From: Promethearchaeota archaeon
Lineage (GTDB): Archaea; Asgardarchaeota; Lokiarchaeia; Sigyniarchaeales; SOKP01
Direction of reading: 5' to 3'
DNA: 64,000 bases
Assembly: GCA_048940925.1 (NCBI GenBank)
Contig: JBHLOC010000002.1
Coordinates: 192,001-256,000, forward strand
Every line of letters starts with the position of its first letter. Positions within the stretch are counted from its first letter, which is position 1. A model generated the notes under the pieces. It did no database searches. It saw nothing but the letters and a program-made list of their open reading frames with translations, and was not told the DNA's origin. Made by a program: the position numbers and the translations under genes. Positions 30,440 to 40,508 of the stretch are shown here, in pieces.

Positions 30440-30904
30440 TTGATTAATTCAATGCCAAATGAATTTTTACTCTCTAATTCAGAGAATGAATTTTTAACCA
30501 AATCTCGCGTAGCTAGGATTGCAACAATAGACGCTGCTAGTAATTTTCCGCATATAATACCAATCTGCTATAGTTTTGATGGCAACAATTTTTTTACATC
30601 ACTACGTAATACTAGTAAGCGCTTGCAAAATATTAATAAAGGAAGTAAAGTTTCATTGTTATTTGATGAATATGTTGAGAATAATGGAAAATGGATAACA
30701 CTTCGAGGAATTCTTATCAACGTGACAATTTCTATTCTAAATTACCACGATCATTCAGAACAATTCAAGCAAGGATGGAAACAACTAATTGAAAAATATC
30801 ATCAATATAAAACATGGGCACAAGAAGATTTAAGTCCAACAGATTCAAATACACGACGTATTATGAAAATGACTCCAATCCATAAAATATCATGGGGATT
30901 TTAA
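30440..30904 (+). CDS. Pyridoxamine 5'-phosphate oxidase family (PPOX-class, possibly F420-binding)
   Basis: FL..SRVARIATID...PHIIPICY, KRLQNI....KVSLLFDEY. Confidence 0.8.
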   Translation: MINSMPNEFLLSNSENEFLTKSRVARIATIDAASNFPHIIPICYSFDGNNFFTSLRNTSKRLQNINKGSKVSLLFDEYVENNGKWITLRGILINVTISILNYHDHSEQFKQGWKQLIEKYHQYKTWAQEDLSPTDSNTRRIMKMTPIHKISWGF

Positions 30905-30948
30905 AAAAAAAGAAATAAAAAACATACTTTGAAAAAAATTAAAGATAA

Positions 30949-31017
30949 AACCAAAACCCTTGCAGGGGTTGTCCTTTTACAACTATCTTTTCTTTGTAAA
31001 AATCATTCAATTTGGTT
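30949..31017 (-). promoter_or_regulatory. SECIS-like element in 3' UTR
   Basis: RNA: AACCAA-AUUGA-AUGAU-UUUUACAA-(AGAAAAGAUAG)-UUGUAAAA-GGAC-AACCC(CUGCAA)GGGUU-UUGGUU; AUGA/GA core, 8-bp upper stem, A-rich loop, side hairpin. Confidence 0.8.
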
Positions 31018-31026
31018 ATAATCGAT

Positions 31027-31263
31027 TTATGTAACCTTTATGGTACTTATTATAAAATTTAAATTCTCGAACAAGCACCCTTCTTTTTGTGATAAAGAAC
31101 CAAATATCATACAAGGTGAAGATCATGAGGTTCCTCCCTCGAAACTCAACATTGTTATTACTATTGCTACTATGAATGTCACGATGATTGCTCCAACTAA
31201 AATCCACATGATAATTCTTTTAATTTTTCTTCTTTTCAAGTGTTTTATCTCAGAATCACTCAT
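31027..31263 (-). CDS. Candidate 78-aa single-TM selenoprotein (UGA at codon 47, 31123-31125)
   Basis: MSDSEIKHLKRRKIKRIIMWILVGAIIVTFIVAIVITMLSFEGGTS-U-SSPCMIFGSLSQKEGCLFENLNFIISTIKVT*; SECIS-like element ~10 nt after the TAA. Confidence 0.7.
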
Positions 31264-31322
31264 TGTAACTAACGAGAATTAAAAATCAAATAAAAAAGAT
31301 TTCTATTCTTCTAAACACTTTG

Positions 31323-31742
31323 TTAATTTTTGATATTTAATAATAAAAAGGCATATATATCAGTTATTAAGAGAAAACCACCAATAATTATAAAAGAGTA
31401 GATAATAAAGAACGTAAGATTTTGGTGAATTATATAAATGCCAATCACACCCCCTAAAAAGAAAAACACCATGTCCGTAGCTACATTTATTTTACTATCT
31501 CTTCTATGTCTATATTTAATTTTGAATTTGTAAAGAAGAAAATTTTCTAGAACTTCCCAACTAATTGAAGCAATTACATTTAGCAATAAAAGTAAATAAT
31601 CAAAAGATATTTTAAGACTTATATTTAAAATAGTATAATTAGTTAATAGGATCAAATACCCAAGAACTATATGAGTAAAACTAAAGAAATCAATGGCAGA
31701 AATTCCTACTTCTTCTTTATTTTTTGCTATTATTAACATCAT
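31323..31742 (-). CDS. Hypothetical membrane protein (DxxSxxH...WE..EN...DS..N...D motif family)
   Basis: 4 TM; DFFSFTH, WEVLEN, DSKINVATD suggest an intramembrane metal site. Confidence 0.65.
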   Translation of the reverse strand: MMLIIAKNKEEVGISAIDFFSFTHIVLGYLILLTNYTILNISLKISFDYLLLLLNVIASISWEVLENFLLYKFKIKYRHRRDSKINVATDMVFFFLGGVIGIYIIHQNLTFFIIYSFIIIGGFLLITDIYAFLLLNIKN

Positions 31743-31763
31743 GTTGAATCTCTATAATCATAA

Positions 31764-32231
31764 TTAATGATTTAGCTTAGCAGTAATTAGACCTAAACAT
31801 ATTATGAAAAAGCTAAAGAGAAATCCTAGCCCCAGACAAAATCCAAAATTTTGATAAAAATAGGATATGAAATTTGTACCATCAGATGCTCTAGCTATTG
31901 TTCCCCCTGCTAAGGTAATAATTATTAAACATAAAAATGTTAATATAGTAATAGTAATAAACCAAGCTAAAACAGATCTCTTATATTTTATAATAGGTGA
32001 GGTTTTACTTGTGTATATTAAATAAATTGCAGGAAGAATAAAAAGTAGGAAAGAGAAAAAAATAAACCAAAGACTGATCGTGATTGCTAAATCTGCCCAA
32101 ACTCTAGCAGGATTTATAATATTATTGCTGATCCAAATTAATAGAGGAATTATTATGAATAATCCAGCACATATCAGGCAGATTCCACCAATTTTTTTTT
32201 TACAATCACTTTGCATAATTCTTTTACTCAC
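31764..32231 (-). CDS. Hypothetical 4-TM membrane protein
   Basis: Four hydrophobic helices. Confidence 0.65.
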   Translation of the reverse strand: MSKRIMQSDCKKKIGGICLICAGLFIIIPLLIWISNNIINPARVWADLAITISLWFIFFSFLLFILPAIYLIYTSKTSPIIKYKRSVLAWFITITILTFLCLIIITLAGGTIARASDGTNFISYFYQNFGFCLGLGFLFSFFIICLGLITAKLNH

Positions 32232-32409
32232 ATAATTTAGTATATAAAGGATTTTTAAATTCCAAAATAAAAAATTGACTCTATATTTATATCTTTATAT
32301 TAAATTATACTAAGAGACTCAAATTAATAAGCATAAGTCAAGTTTCTTTTTTCCCATTACAGAGATCCTCATAATCAAATTCTTAAATCTTTTTATTTTT
32401 TTATTATTC

Positions 32410-33582
32410 ATGGAACTTTCCAAAATTACAGAATCTTTTACGGAATCAGTTATACGTGAAATGACACGGATTGCATATCAACATCCTGAAAGTGTTGATC
32501 TCGCACAGGGATTTCCAGACTTTCCCGCACCAGAATCCATAAAAAATGCCGCAATAAATGCGATTAAAAATAATATTAATCAATACTCAATTACATGGGG
32601 CGCTCTATCTTTACGGAAGGCTATAGCAGATAAAGTTTCCCACTACAATAAAATCAAATTTGTAGATCCCAATAAAAATATTACTATAACTTGTGGTGCA
32701 ACAGAAGCGATGATTTCCGCTATGAAAGCAATAATAAACGCGGGAGATGAGGTAATCATATTTGAACCTTTTTATGAAAATTATGGCCCAGATTGTTTAT
32801 TATCAGGAGCAAAACCTCGGTTTTATAAATTAAATCCCCCAGATTGGGATATTGAAACTAATGAACTTGAAAATCTTTTTAATAAGAAAACAAAAGCAAT
32901 CATTTTGAACACTCCAAATAATCCTACAGGTAAAGTGTTTAACCAAAAAGAATTAGAATTTATCGCAGACTTGTGTATAAAAAACGATTGTATAGCTATT
33001 ACAGATGAAATTTATGAGCATATAATATATAATGATCAAAAGCATATTTCAATTGCCTCATTTCCAGAAATGGAAAATAATTCAATCACAATCAACTCAA
33101 TTTCTAAAACTTATGCCCTTACTGGTTGGAGAGTAGGATGGGCAATAGCATGTGAAAGAATAACTAATGAAATAAAAAAGGTGCATGATTTTTTGACTGT
33201 GGGTGCACCTGCACCACTCCAAGAAGCTGGTGCTTTTGCATTATCACTAGGGGATGAATATTATCAAAAACTAAAGGATTATTATCAGAAAGCACGAGAT
33301 ATTCTTTATAATGCTTTGAAAAACACAGATCTCAAGCCAATTAAACCAAAGGGAGCATACTATATGATGACAAATTGCAAAGAATATATGAGAAACAGGA
33401 ATCTTAAAAATTCTATGGATCTGGCCATACATTTAGTAAAAGATATCGGTTTGGTAGCAGTACCAGGTTCCTCTTTTTATGCGAATCCTAAAGATGGGCA
33501 ATTTCAAACTAGATTTTGCTTTTGTAAGAAAGTTGAAACGCTTCAAGCAGCAATAAAAAAATTAGAAAAAATTAATTATTGA
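32410..33582 (+). CDS. PLP-dependent class I/II aminotransferase (YbdL/kynurenine aminotransferase-like)
   Basis: DLAQGFPDF, NTPNNPTG, DEIYEH, SISKTYALTGWRVGW, RFCFCK. Confidence 0.92.
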   Translation: MELSKITESFTESVIREMTRIAYQHPESVDLAQGFPDFPAPESIKNAAINAIKNNINQYSITWGALSLRKAIADKVSHYNKIKFVDPNKNITITCGATEAMISAMKAIINAGDEVIIFEPFYENYGPDCLLSGAKPRFYKLNPPDWDIETNELENLFNKKTKAIILNTPNNPTGKVFNQKELEFIADLCIKNDCIAITDEIYEHIIYNDQKHISIASFPEMENNSITINSISKTYALTGWRVGWAIACERITNEIKKVHDFLTVGAPAPLQEAGAFALSLGDEYYQKLKDYYQKARDILYNALKNTDLKPIKPKGAYYMMTNCKEYMRNRNLKNSMDLAIHLVKDIGLVAVPGSSFYANPKDGQFQTRFCFCKKVETLQAAIKKLEKINY

Positions 33583-33792
33583 CTTTAATTAATTAAAAGA
33601 TTTTCCTCGAGTCAAGAGTAAATCACCTTTTCCCTCTTTTTAAATATTTTCTAATACCTATTAATTTGAATTATCAATAGTTTTCCTATACTATTTCATA
33701 TTTAATACTTTTAAAATAAGAAAAATAACGAATAACAATTGTATGGGCAAAATAACTATAAGAAAACATAAGATGAAGCTGTTTTAGAAACT

Positions 33793-34707
33793 TTATAATG
33801 CACGAAGATAGTCAGGTCGACGTAGGTTTGGATACTTAATAGCTCCCTCAACGACCTTTAGGAATGTTTCTTTATCTTCTGCTAATTCTCCTTTTAAGCT
33901 TACATAATTTGAAGCATGATTTGAATTAAAGATGCACTTCTGTAAATCATCGGACGTATATTCTATCAATGTGTGTAATTCTTGAAGAATTTCAGTACTG
34001 CTACATGGCTTGAATTCCCCTGTTGATGTTTGAGTCCACAACTCAGTTCCGGGAGTAACACCTAAGGTTAAAGGGGATATATACCATTCAATTGGAGTTG
34101 GTGGAGCCATTCTATTAATTAACTTTGCGGATTCGATAGCATGCTTTCTACTTTTCTCTGGATCATTTCCTGCTAGTCCTAATAGAAAAATGCCGGACCA
34201 TGCAATACCTACTTTGTAACATTTTTGAGCTGCTAGGGCAAAATCATCTTGTGTAGCTCCTTTTTTACAAGCTTTTAGAACCTCATCATCTCCGCTTTCA
34301 ATGCCCACATAAACCATTGTAAATCCGCTGTCTGCTAGAATCTTTAAATCCTCATCTGATTTACTTAGGATATCTTTAACATGAGCATATGCACTCACTT
34401 TCCTGAGATTCGGATGAATTTTGTAAGCATATTCAGTTAACTCAGTAAGAATCTCAGGTTTAACTACAAAGGCATTTCCATCTTCGAAAAATATTTTTTG
34501 TATTCGATTTCCATAAACAATAGCGGCTCTTTTTATATCTTTTTTGATCTCTTCGATATCTTTACGAATAGAGAAGATTTTTGATCTATACATAGAGCAG
34601 AATGTGCATTTACGAGTGCATCCATTTGTTACTGCAATCAGTAGTGCGTTATGTTCTGATGGGGGACGAAAACAGGGTTCTGTTATGTTTCCAACTACAT
34701 AATTCAT
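33793..34707 (-). CDS. Radical SAM protein
   Basis: RPPSE, CTRKCTFC, GIESG, SNHASNY. Confidence 0.88.
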   Translation of the reverse strand: MNYVVGNITEPCFRPPSEHNALLIAVTNGCTRKCTFCSMYRSKIFSIRKDIEEIKKDIKRAAIVYGNRIQKIFFEDGNAFVVKPEILTELTEYAYKIHPNLRKVSAYAHVKDILSKSDEDLKILADSGFTMVYVGIESGDDEVLKACKKGATQDDFALAAQKCYKVGIAWSGIFLLGLAGNDPEKSRKHAIESAKLINRMAPPTPIEWYISPLTLGVTPGTELWTQTSTGEFKPCSSTEILQELHTLIEYTSDDLQKCIFNSNHASNYVSLKGELAEDKETFLKVVEGAIKYPNLRRPDYLRAL

Positions 34708-34959
34708 AGTTTCTTCTATTTATAATATGTTTTTTTCTAAACTTTAACTTTTTCATTAAAAATTATTAAAATTGGTTAGAAATTTTGGGGCAAAACTAAA
34801 AATTCTATATTTGATTTTGAAGGCAATACTCTAGTTTGTATTTCAAGCATTATAGCTAAAAGTATAAATTTATATATTGTCTGAAAGTTTAGTATATAAT
34901 ATTTAATCAAATTAAAGCTTTTACGATTATGTAGTGGTGAAAAAATCATCAATAAAATA

Positions 34960-35871
34960 ATGTCCATGAAAGAGGCGATAGAAAAATTTGTTCACAATGG
35001 AGATTTCATTTTTTTTGGTGGATTTGGCAATGGTATGACCTTTTCTGCAAGTCATGAAATTATTAGACAAGGTTTAAGAAATCTTAAGGTGACTAAATGT
35101 GGTGGGGGAATTCTCTTTGATCAATTAATAGGTGCAGGAGTTACTAATCATATTGTGACTTCTCATTGTTGGAATGGTACTGGTCCGCAACCAGCATGGA
35201 ATCTAAAAAGAGCTATGGAAGAAGGAATACCTCAAAAAATAATTTATAATGAACAATCGTTATTTATGATAAACATGTCCTTTTTTGCTGGTTACATGGG
35301 CATCCCTTTCGTGCCTATTCGTTCAATTATTGGAACTGGTATTTATAATCATCCAAATGAAGTGGGATTAAAAGCTGCTAAAGTGAAATGCCCTTTTACT
35401 GGGGAAGAAATATGTGTTATTCCTGCTATTAATCCTGATGCCGGTATAATCCAAGTTCAACGAGCAGATAGCGAAGGAAACGCTCAAATGTGGGGATTAA
35501 TTGGTGACACCAAATACGGTATCAATGCATGTAAAAGAATTATTGTTGCTGCAGAAGAGATTGTGGATAAAAAAGTTATTATGGAATCTCCTGAACGCAC
35601 GATAGTAGGCGCCCATAAAGTTGATGCTGTTGTACATGAACCTTGGGGTGCTCATCCAAGTAGCATGCAAGGTTTTTATTACACAGATTTAGAATATAGA
35701 TTTAATTATGCTAAAGAAACTAAAACAATAGAAGATTGGGAAAAGTGGCTTGAGAAATGGGTAACAGGCGTGGAAGATCGACAAGAATATTTGAAAGTTC
35801 TTGGGGATGAAAGAGTAAATTTTCTAAAAGCTAAAAGTATAATACAAGGAGCTGTTGATTATGGGTATTGA
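34960..35871 (+). CDS. CoA-transferase subunit A (glutaconate CoA-transferase-like)
   Basis: HEIIRQG, DQLIGAG, CPFTGEE, QRADSEGN, EPWGAHPS. Confidence 0.88.
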   Translation: MSMKEAIEKFVHNGDFIFFGGFGNGMTFSASHEIIRQGLRNLKVTKCGGGILFDQLIGAGVTNHIVTSHCWNGTGPQPAWNLKRAMEEGIPQKIIYNEQSLFMINMSFFAGYMGIPFVPIRSIIGTGIYNHPNEVGLKAAKVKCPFTGEEICVIPAINPDAGIIQVQRADSEGNAQMWGLIGDTKYGINACKRIIVAAEEIVDKKVIMESPERTIVGAHKVDAVVHEPWGAHPSSMQGFYYTDLEYRFNYAKETKTIEDWEKWLEKWVTGVEDRQEYLKVLGDERVNFLKAKSIIQGAVDYGY

Positions 35872-36697
35872 TGATAGAGAGTTTTGTACAGAATATACCG
35901 GTTTTGAGATGATGTTAGTGTCAGCGTGCAGACAAATTAAAAATGAAGATATCGTATTTAACGCTTTTCACTGGCCTTTTCTTGCCGTTCACATGGCTAA
36001 ATTGCTACATTGTCCCGATCTTTTCTCTGTGCTCGAAGTAGGATTATTTCAAGATGAACTTCCAAGACCAATTAAAATGCCTTACTCGATTAGTGATCCT
36101 GTTTTAGTACCAAATTCATTATTCGTTGGAGACTCTATTGATGCATTATCCATACTTCAAAGAGGTGAAATAACTGTAGCATTGTTGAGTACTTCCATGG
36201 TTGATAAGTATGGAAACTGTAATACTACAGTTGTGGGTCCATATGAAAAGCCGATTTATCGTTTACCAGGAGGTGGTGGGGCGACAGAAATAGCGGGTAT
36301 GGCAAAAAGATTAATATGGCTTATAGATGATCACATAAAACGTAGATTACCAGAAAAATTAGATTTTATAACAGATCCTGGTTATTTAGAGGGATTTGAT
36401 AGTAGAGTAAAAGCTGGTTATCCTCCTGATACTGGTCCAGATGCTATTGTCACACCTTTCTGTATTATGAAGTTTGATCCTGAAACAAAAGAAGCATATC
36501 TAGATGCTTTACATCCAAATATTACAATAGATCAAGTGAAAGAGAACACGGGCTGGGATTTAAAAGTTGGTAAAGAACTGAGACAAATTGAACCACCAAC
36601 CCTAAGAGAAATAGAAATTTGTCGTAGAACTATGAAAGATGCTATTGATCAATATTTCATACTAAAACCAGAATGGACAATTTATTTAGATAAGTAA
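35861..36697 (+). CDS. CoA-transferase subunit B (glutaconate CoA-transferase-like)
   Basis: VLEVG, DKYGNCNTT, RLPGGGGA, LDFITDPG, ENTGWDL. Confidence 0.88.
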   Translation: MGIDDREFCTEYTGFEMMLVSACRQIKNEDIVFNAFHWPFLAVHMAKLLHCPDLFSVLEVGLFQDELPRPIKMPYSISDPVLVPNSLFVGDSIDALSILQRGEITVALLSTSMVDKYGNCNTTVVGPYEKPIYRLPGGGGATEIAGMAKRLIWLIDDHIKRRLPEKLDFITDPGYLEGFDSRVKAGYPPDTGPDAIVTPFCIMKFDPETKEAYLDALHPNITIDQVKENTGWDLKVGKELRQIEPPTLREIEICRRTMKDAIDQYFILKPEWTIYLDK

Positions 36698-36732
36698 CTG
36701 TATGATCGATTCCAATAACTTGAGAACTAAAT

Positions 36733-37161
36733 CTATACTATCACTTGAAACATTAATCCTGTTACTTCACCTTCAAGAAACTTTTCGTCTTTTTTATTGT
36801 AACATTTCATTGAGAAGTTTAATCTGCGATTTTCGCGATCAACCATAGTAATCTCAGCAATAGCTTTAATAGTATCTCCGAAATATACTGGTTTTAAATA
36901 TTTAAATATCATAGTTTCAGCAAGACAGCCTGGTCCAGGAAATATATCACCTCCAAAATGACAACTCATTCCTGCTACAAGTAAACCATGCACAATAGGC
37001 TTTTTAAAGTGTGTATTTCTTATAAATTCACCATCGTAATGAAATAGGTTATGGTCGCCTATTAAATCTGCCATTAATTCTGTTTCTTTTTGAGTAAATG
37101 TATGTGAGAATTCTGCTTTCATTCCAACTCTAAATTCATCAATCGATCGACCTAACTTCAT
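36733..37161 (-). CDS. MaoC/PhaJ-family (R)-hydratase
   Basis: GDHNLFHYD, PIVHGLL, PGPG, KPVYFGDTI. Confidence 0.88.
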   Translation of the reverse strand: MKLGRSIDEFRVGMKAEFSHTFTQKETELMADLIGDHNLFHYDGEFIRNTHFKKPIVHGLLVAGMSCHFGGDIFPGPGCLAETMIFKYLKPVYFGDTIKAIAEITMVDRENRRLNFSMKCYNKKDEKFLEGEVTGLMFQVIV

Positions 37162-37238
37162 AAGTTTTTAAATTATTGATAATATTTTAAATAAACTTGA
37201 TAAAAGCTTTAGTATATAAAATTTAAGGTTAAAAGTTT

Positions 37239-38030
37239 ATGGAAAAACAAATTGATATAGTTATAGAGGGGAATATTGCTACAATCACATTTATAGATTC
37301 TGATAATCTTAATCCTTTAAATAAAGAAACAGCGAAACAATTATTCGATACATTAGAATCTCTGAAAGAAAATGATGAAATTAGATGTGTTATAATTACT
37401 GGATCAGGAAGAGCATTTTCTGCTGGCGGAGATATTAAGTTGTTTAAATCGAGTATAGAGAACGGCACTTCTGGGAAAGTTATGGATGAACTAACAAAAG
37501 TTCTATATAAAATCGCTATATTTTTACGTAAGTATCCAAAACCAGTTATAGCAGCCGTTAACGGATGGGCTGTGGGAGCAGGGATGAATTTAGCCTTCTC
37601 ATGTGATTTTGTCATTGCTTCTGAAAAAGCAAAATTTAGACAATCATTTTGTAAATTGGGTTTAATTCCTGGATTTGCAGGTACAATTATTCTTAGTCGT
37701 CAACTAACATGGCAACAGGCCACTCAAATGGCATTTTTTGGAGATACTTATTCTGCAGAGGATTTGAAAAGACTTGGTTTAATTAATGAGATTGTACCTC
37801 ATGAAAAATTAGGAGAAATTACAATGCAATGGGCAGAAAGGTTATCAAACGGTCCCACATTAACATATGCACGAACTAAAGAACTATTCTTCGAAGCATT
37901 AAGCACACCACTGGAAGAACACCTCGAAAATGAACGTCAAATGCAGATAAAGTCTGCAGAAACGGAGGATTTTAAAATAGGTGTTTTTGCTCTAATAGAG
38001 AAAAAAGAACCCGAGTTTATCGGGAAATAG
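37239..38030 (+). CDS. Enoyl-CoA hydratase/isomerase (PaaG-like)
   Basis: AFSAGGDI, PKPVIAAVNGWAVGAG, EKKEPEFIGK. Confidence 0.9.
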   Translation: MEKQIDIVIEGNIATITFIDSDNLNPLNKETAKQLFDTLESLKENDEIRCVIITGSGRAFSAGGDIKLFKSSIENGTSGKVMDELTKVLYKIAIFLRKYPKPVIAAVNGWAVGAGMNLAFSCDFVIASEKAKFRQSFCKLGLIPGFAGTIILSRQLTWQQATQMAFFGDTYSAEDLKRLGLINEIVPHEKLGEITMQWAERLSNGPTLTYARTKELFFEALSTPLEEHLENERQMQIKSAETEDFKIGVFALIEKKEPEFIGK

Positions 38031-38162
38031 TATACAATATTTTTTTATTAAAAAATTTTAAAATTATTATTTAACATTATATAAATAATTCTGATAACAA
38101 ACATTAAATATATAGATTTTTTTTATTGATTTAAAAATTTATTATAGAAAAATTCTACTGTA

Positions 38163-38615
38163 ATGCCAAAAAATAAAGATATTTTAAAGTTTTTTCAGGC
38201 TTATGTTAAAGAAATGATTGATATTGGGGGAAATAATTTACCCAAAGCCGTTTCAGTCAAATCTGGTTCAAAGTTAGGAAAATTTTATAAAGGACGAGAG
38301 TCGGTATTAACTATGGAAGCCGTTTTAAAGCATTTTTATTCCGCTTTTAATGGAAAACCAACGATAAAGAAATTAAATGATAATAATTATGATGTGAGTG
38401 TAAAATTTCCTAAAAAATTTTGTCCAATAGGAGGGATTCATAATCCTTCTCGAGGTTCTGTTTTTCAAGAAAATATATGTATTCCTTACATGAGAGGATT
38501 TTTAAGTGAAATATTTCCTCAATTAACAACTGAAGCTGATTTTATAAATTGTATCCCTCTTAATAACCAAAGAACTTGTCATTATATTTTAAAAGTGAGG
38601 AAAAAAATAAATTAG
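38163..38615 (+). CDS. V4R/MetOD1-like small Cys-containing domain protein
   Basis: FCPIGG, ICIPYMRGFL, CI......CHYIL. Confidence 0.55.
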   Translation: MPKNKDILKFFQAYVKEMIDIGGNNLPKAVSVKSGSKLGKFYKGRESVLTMEAVLKHFYSAFNGKPTIKKLNDNNYDVSVKFPKKFCPIGGIHNPSRGSVFQENICIPYMRGFLSEIFPQLTTEADFINCIPLNNQRTCHYILKVRKKIN

Positions 38616-38663
38616 TCTATCAAGTATTCAATTTGTTGATTCTTGATATCTTCATAATTTTAT

Positions 38664-39137
38664 TTATTTTTGAAGAGAATAAAATCGTGAAAGTTTTGAA
38701 GCTACAAAACATGGTTTTGATTCCCCCTCAACATAGATTTTAAAATCAAATTCAACATCATATGCATTACTTTCTACTTCTTTAACATTTACTACGGAAA
38801 CAACTAGTCTAATACGTTTACCCACAGGTGTTGGTGCAGGAAACCGAATCTTATTCCATCCATAATTAATTGTCATCCGTGTGTTAATCGATTTATACAT
38901 GTTAGAAAATAATTTGGGATAAACTATAGAAAGTAACCAATTACCGTGAGCAACTGTGGTTCCATACGGAGATTCCTTTTTAGCTTGTTCAGGATCCACA
39001 TGAATTCATTGCAGATCACCTGTGATTCTTCCAAATTCAGTTATTTCCTCTTGAGTTACTTCATACCAATCAGAAGTTCCAAATTCTTTTCCAACATAAC
39101 TTTTCCAATCAGTTGGGCTAATTTCTAATTGATCCAT
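38664..39137 (-). CDS. MaoC-family dehydratase (NodN-like) with in-frame TGA at codon 44; pseudogene or recoded
   Basis: ATG at 39137 directly after the ACAD stop; ...ITGDLQ-TGA-IHVDPEQA where the family consensus is GD.QWIHVDP. Confidence 0.8.
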
Positions 39138-39139
39138 TA

Positions 39140-40360
39140 TTATTTACCCCACATTCTAATCATTTCTCTTGAAATTAAATATCTCATAATTTCTGCGGAT
39201 CCCGCGCTTATTTGTCCGATTTTTGCATCTCGATAAAATCTTTCTACAGGATACTCTTCGGAATATCCCAATCCTCCAATCACTTGTACAGCATTTTTAG
39301 TAATTTCAACAGCCATATCTGAGACTCGAGCTTTTACAGCAGCTACTGATGCTCTACAATATTTTCCATCATCCAACATTCTAGCTATTTGAGCTATCGC
39401 AATTCTATTTAACTCTAGATCCATAAACATATCACTAAGTTTAAAAGAAATCCCTTCAAAGGAATAAATTGGTTGACCAAATTGCTCACGTTGGTGTGCA
39501 TATTTATAGGCAACCTCGAAGGCACTCCGTGCTAAACCAAGATATTGAGAAGCAGTAAATGTTCGTTCACCATCGAGACCAAACAATAGCACTTCAAGTC
39601 CTTCATTTTCCTTATATAATAAATTTACTGCGGGGACTTTACAATTGGTAAATCGAAGGTGAGAATTTGGCATTCCTCGACGCCCCATATAAGTATAATC
39701 CTTTACAACCTCAAATCCGGGAGTAGCTGTTTCAAAAATGAAAGCTGAAATTCCCTGGTGTCTTCTTACTTGGTCATTAGTTACTGCATATAAACAAATG
39801 TAATCTGCTACACTTCCATTAGTAATAAAACATTTTTCTCCATTTAAAACGTAATAGTCTCCTTCTCGAACCGCTCTTAGATTCATTCCTCCTATAGCAT
39901 CAGATCCTCCAGTTGGTTCTGTTATCCCTATCGCCCCTATTTTTGTTCCATCAGCAATTCCAGAAAGATACTTCTTTTTTTGCTCACGTGTTCCATATTC
40001 GATAATAGGTGCAGCAAACAAACAGGAAGATGCTCCAAATATTGTTGCTATGGCATAACTATATGCAGTTATCTCCTCACCAAAAATAGTGCGATACAAT
40101 ACTCCCTTTCCTAAGCCTCCAGCCTCCTCAGGAATTACCATAGGTAAATAAGGTTTCATTTTTTTTAACGTCTCAACCGCTAATACTTTGTTTCTTTCTC
40201 GATCTATCTTTCTAGCCACAGGTTCAATATTATCTTTACACCAATTCCGCACTTCCATTCTAAAGTCGTTTTCCTCTTTACTATAATAATGTAATCTGTC
40301 AGACATGCATGAGTACCCATATTCAAAATCTAAATCTTCAAAATTAATATGTCCTGCCAT
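39140..40360 (-). CDS. Acyl-CoA dehydrogenase
   Basis: ITEPTGGSD, LNGEKCFITNG, REQFGQPI, VERFYRDAK; ATG 40360 preferred. Confidence 0.92.
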   Translation of the reverse strand: MAGHINFEDLDFEYGYSCMSDRLHYYSKEENDFRMEVRNWCKDNIEPVARKIDRERNKVLAVETLKKMKPYLPMVIPEEAGGLGKGVLYRTIFGEEITAYSYAIATIFGASSCLFAAPIIEYGTREQKKKYLSGIADGTKIGAIGITEPTGGSDAIGGMNLRAVREGDYYVLNGEKCFITNGSVADYICLYAVTNDQVRRHQGISAFIFETATPGFEVVKDYTYMGRRGMPNSHLRFTNCKVPAVNLLYKENEGLEVLLFGLDGERTFTASQYLGLARSAFEVAYKYAHQREQFGQPIYSFEGISFKLSDMFMDLELNRIAIAQIARMLDDGKYCRASVAAVKARVSDMAVEITKNAVQVIGGLGYSEEYPVERFYRDAKIGQISAGSAEIMRYLISREMIRMWGK

Positions 40361-40508
40361 TTTAATCATCTGATAATTTAATAAATCTTTAAACACTAAA
40401 ATTAAATATTTATATTTAAGTTAATGTCTACGCTTTTAGCGTAATATGTAAAAGAATAAAAGCAATTCAAATTTACTAAAAACAATTATTTTAAACTTCA
40501 ACTTTATC

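Noticed and set aside
31016-31282. Track ORFs 31016-31207 (-) and 31040-31282 (+)
   Set aside because: Better explained as alternative-frame and antisense shadows of the UGA-containing ORF at 31027-31263
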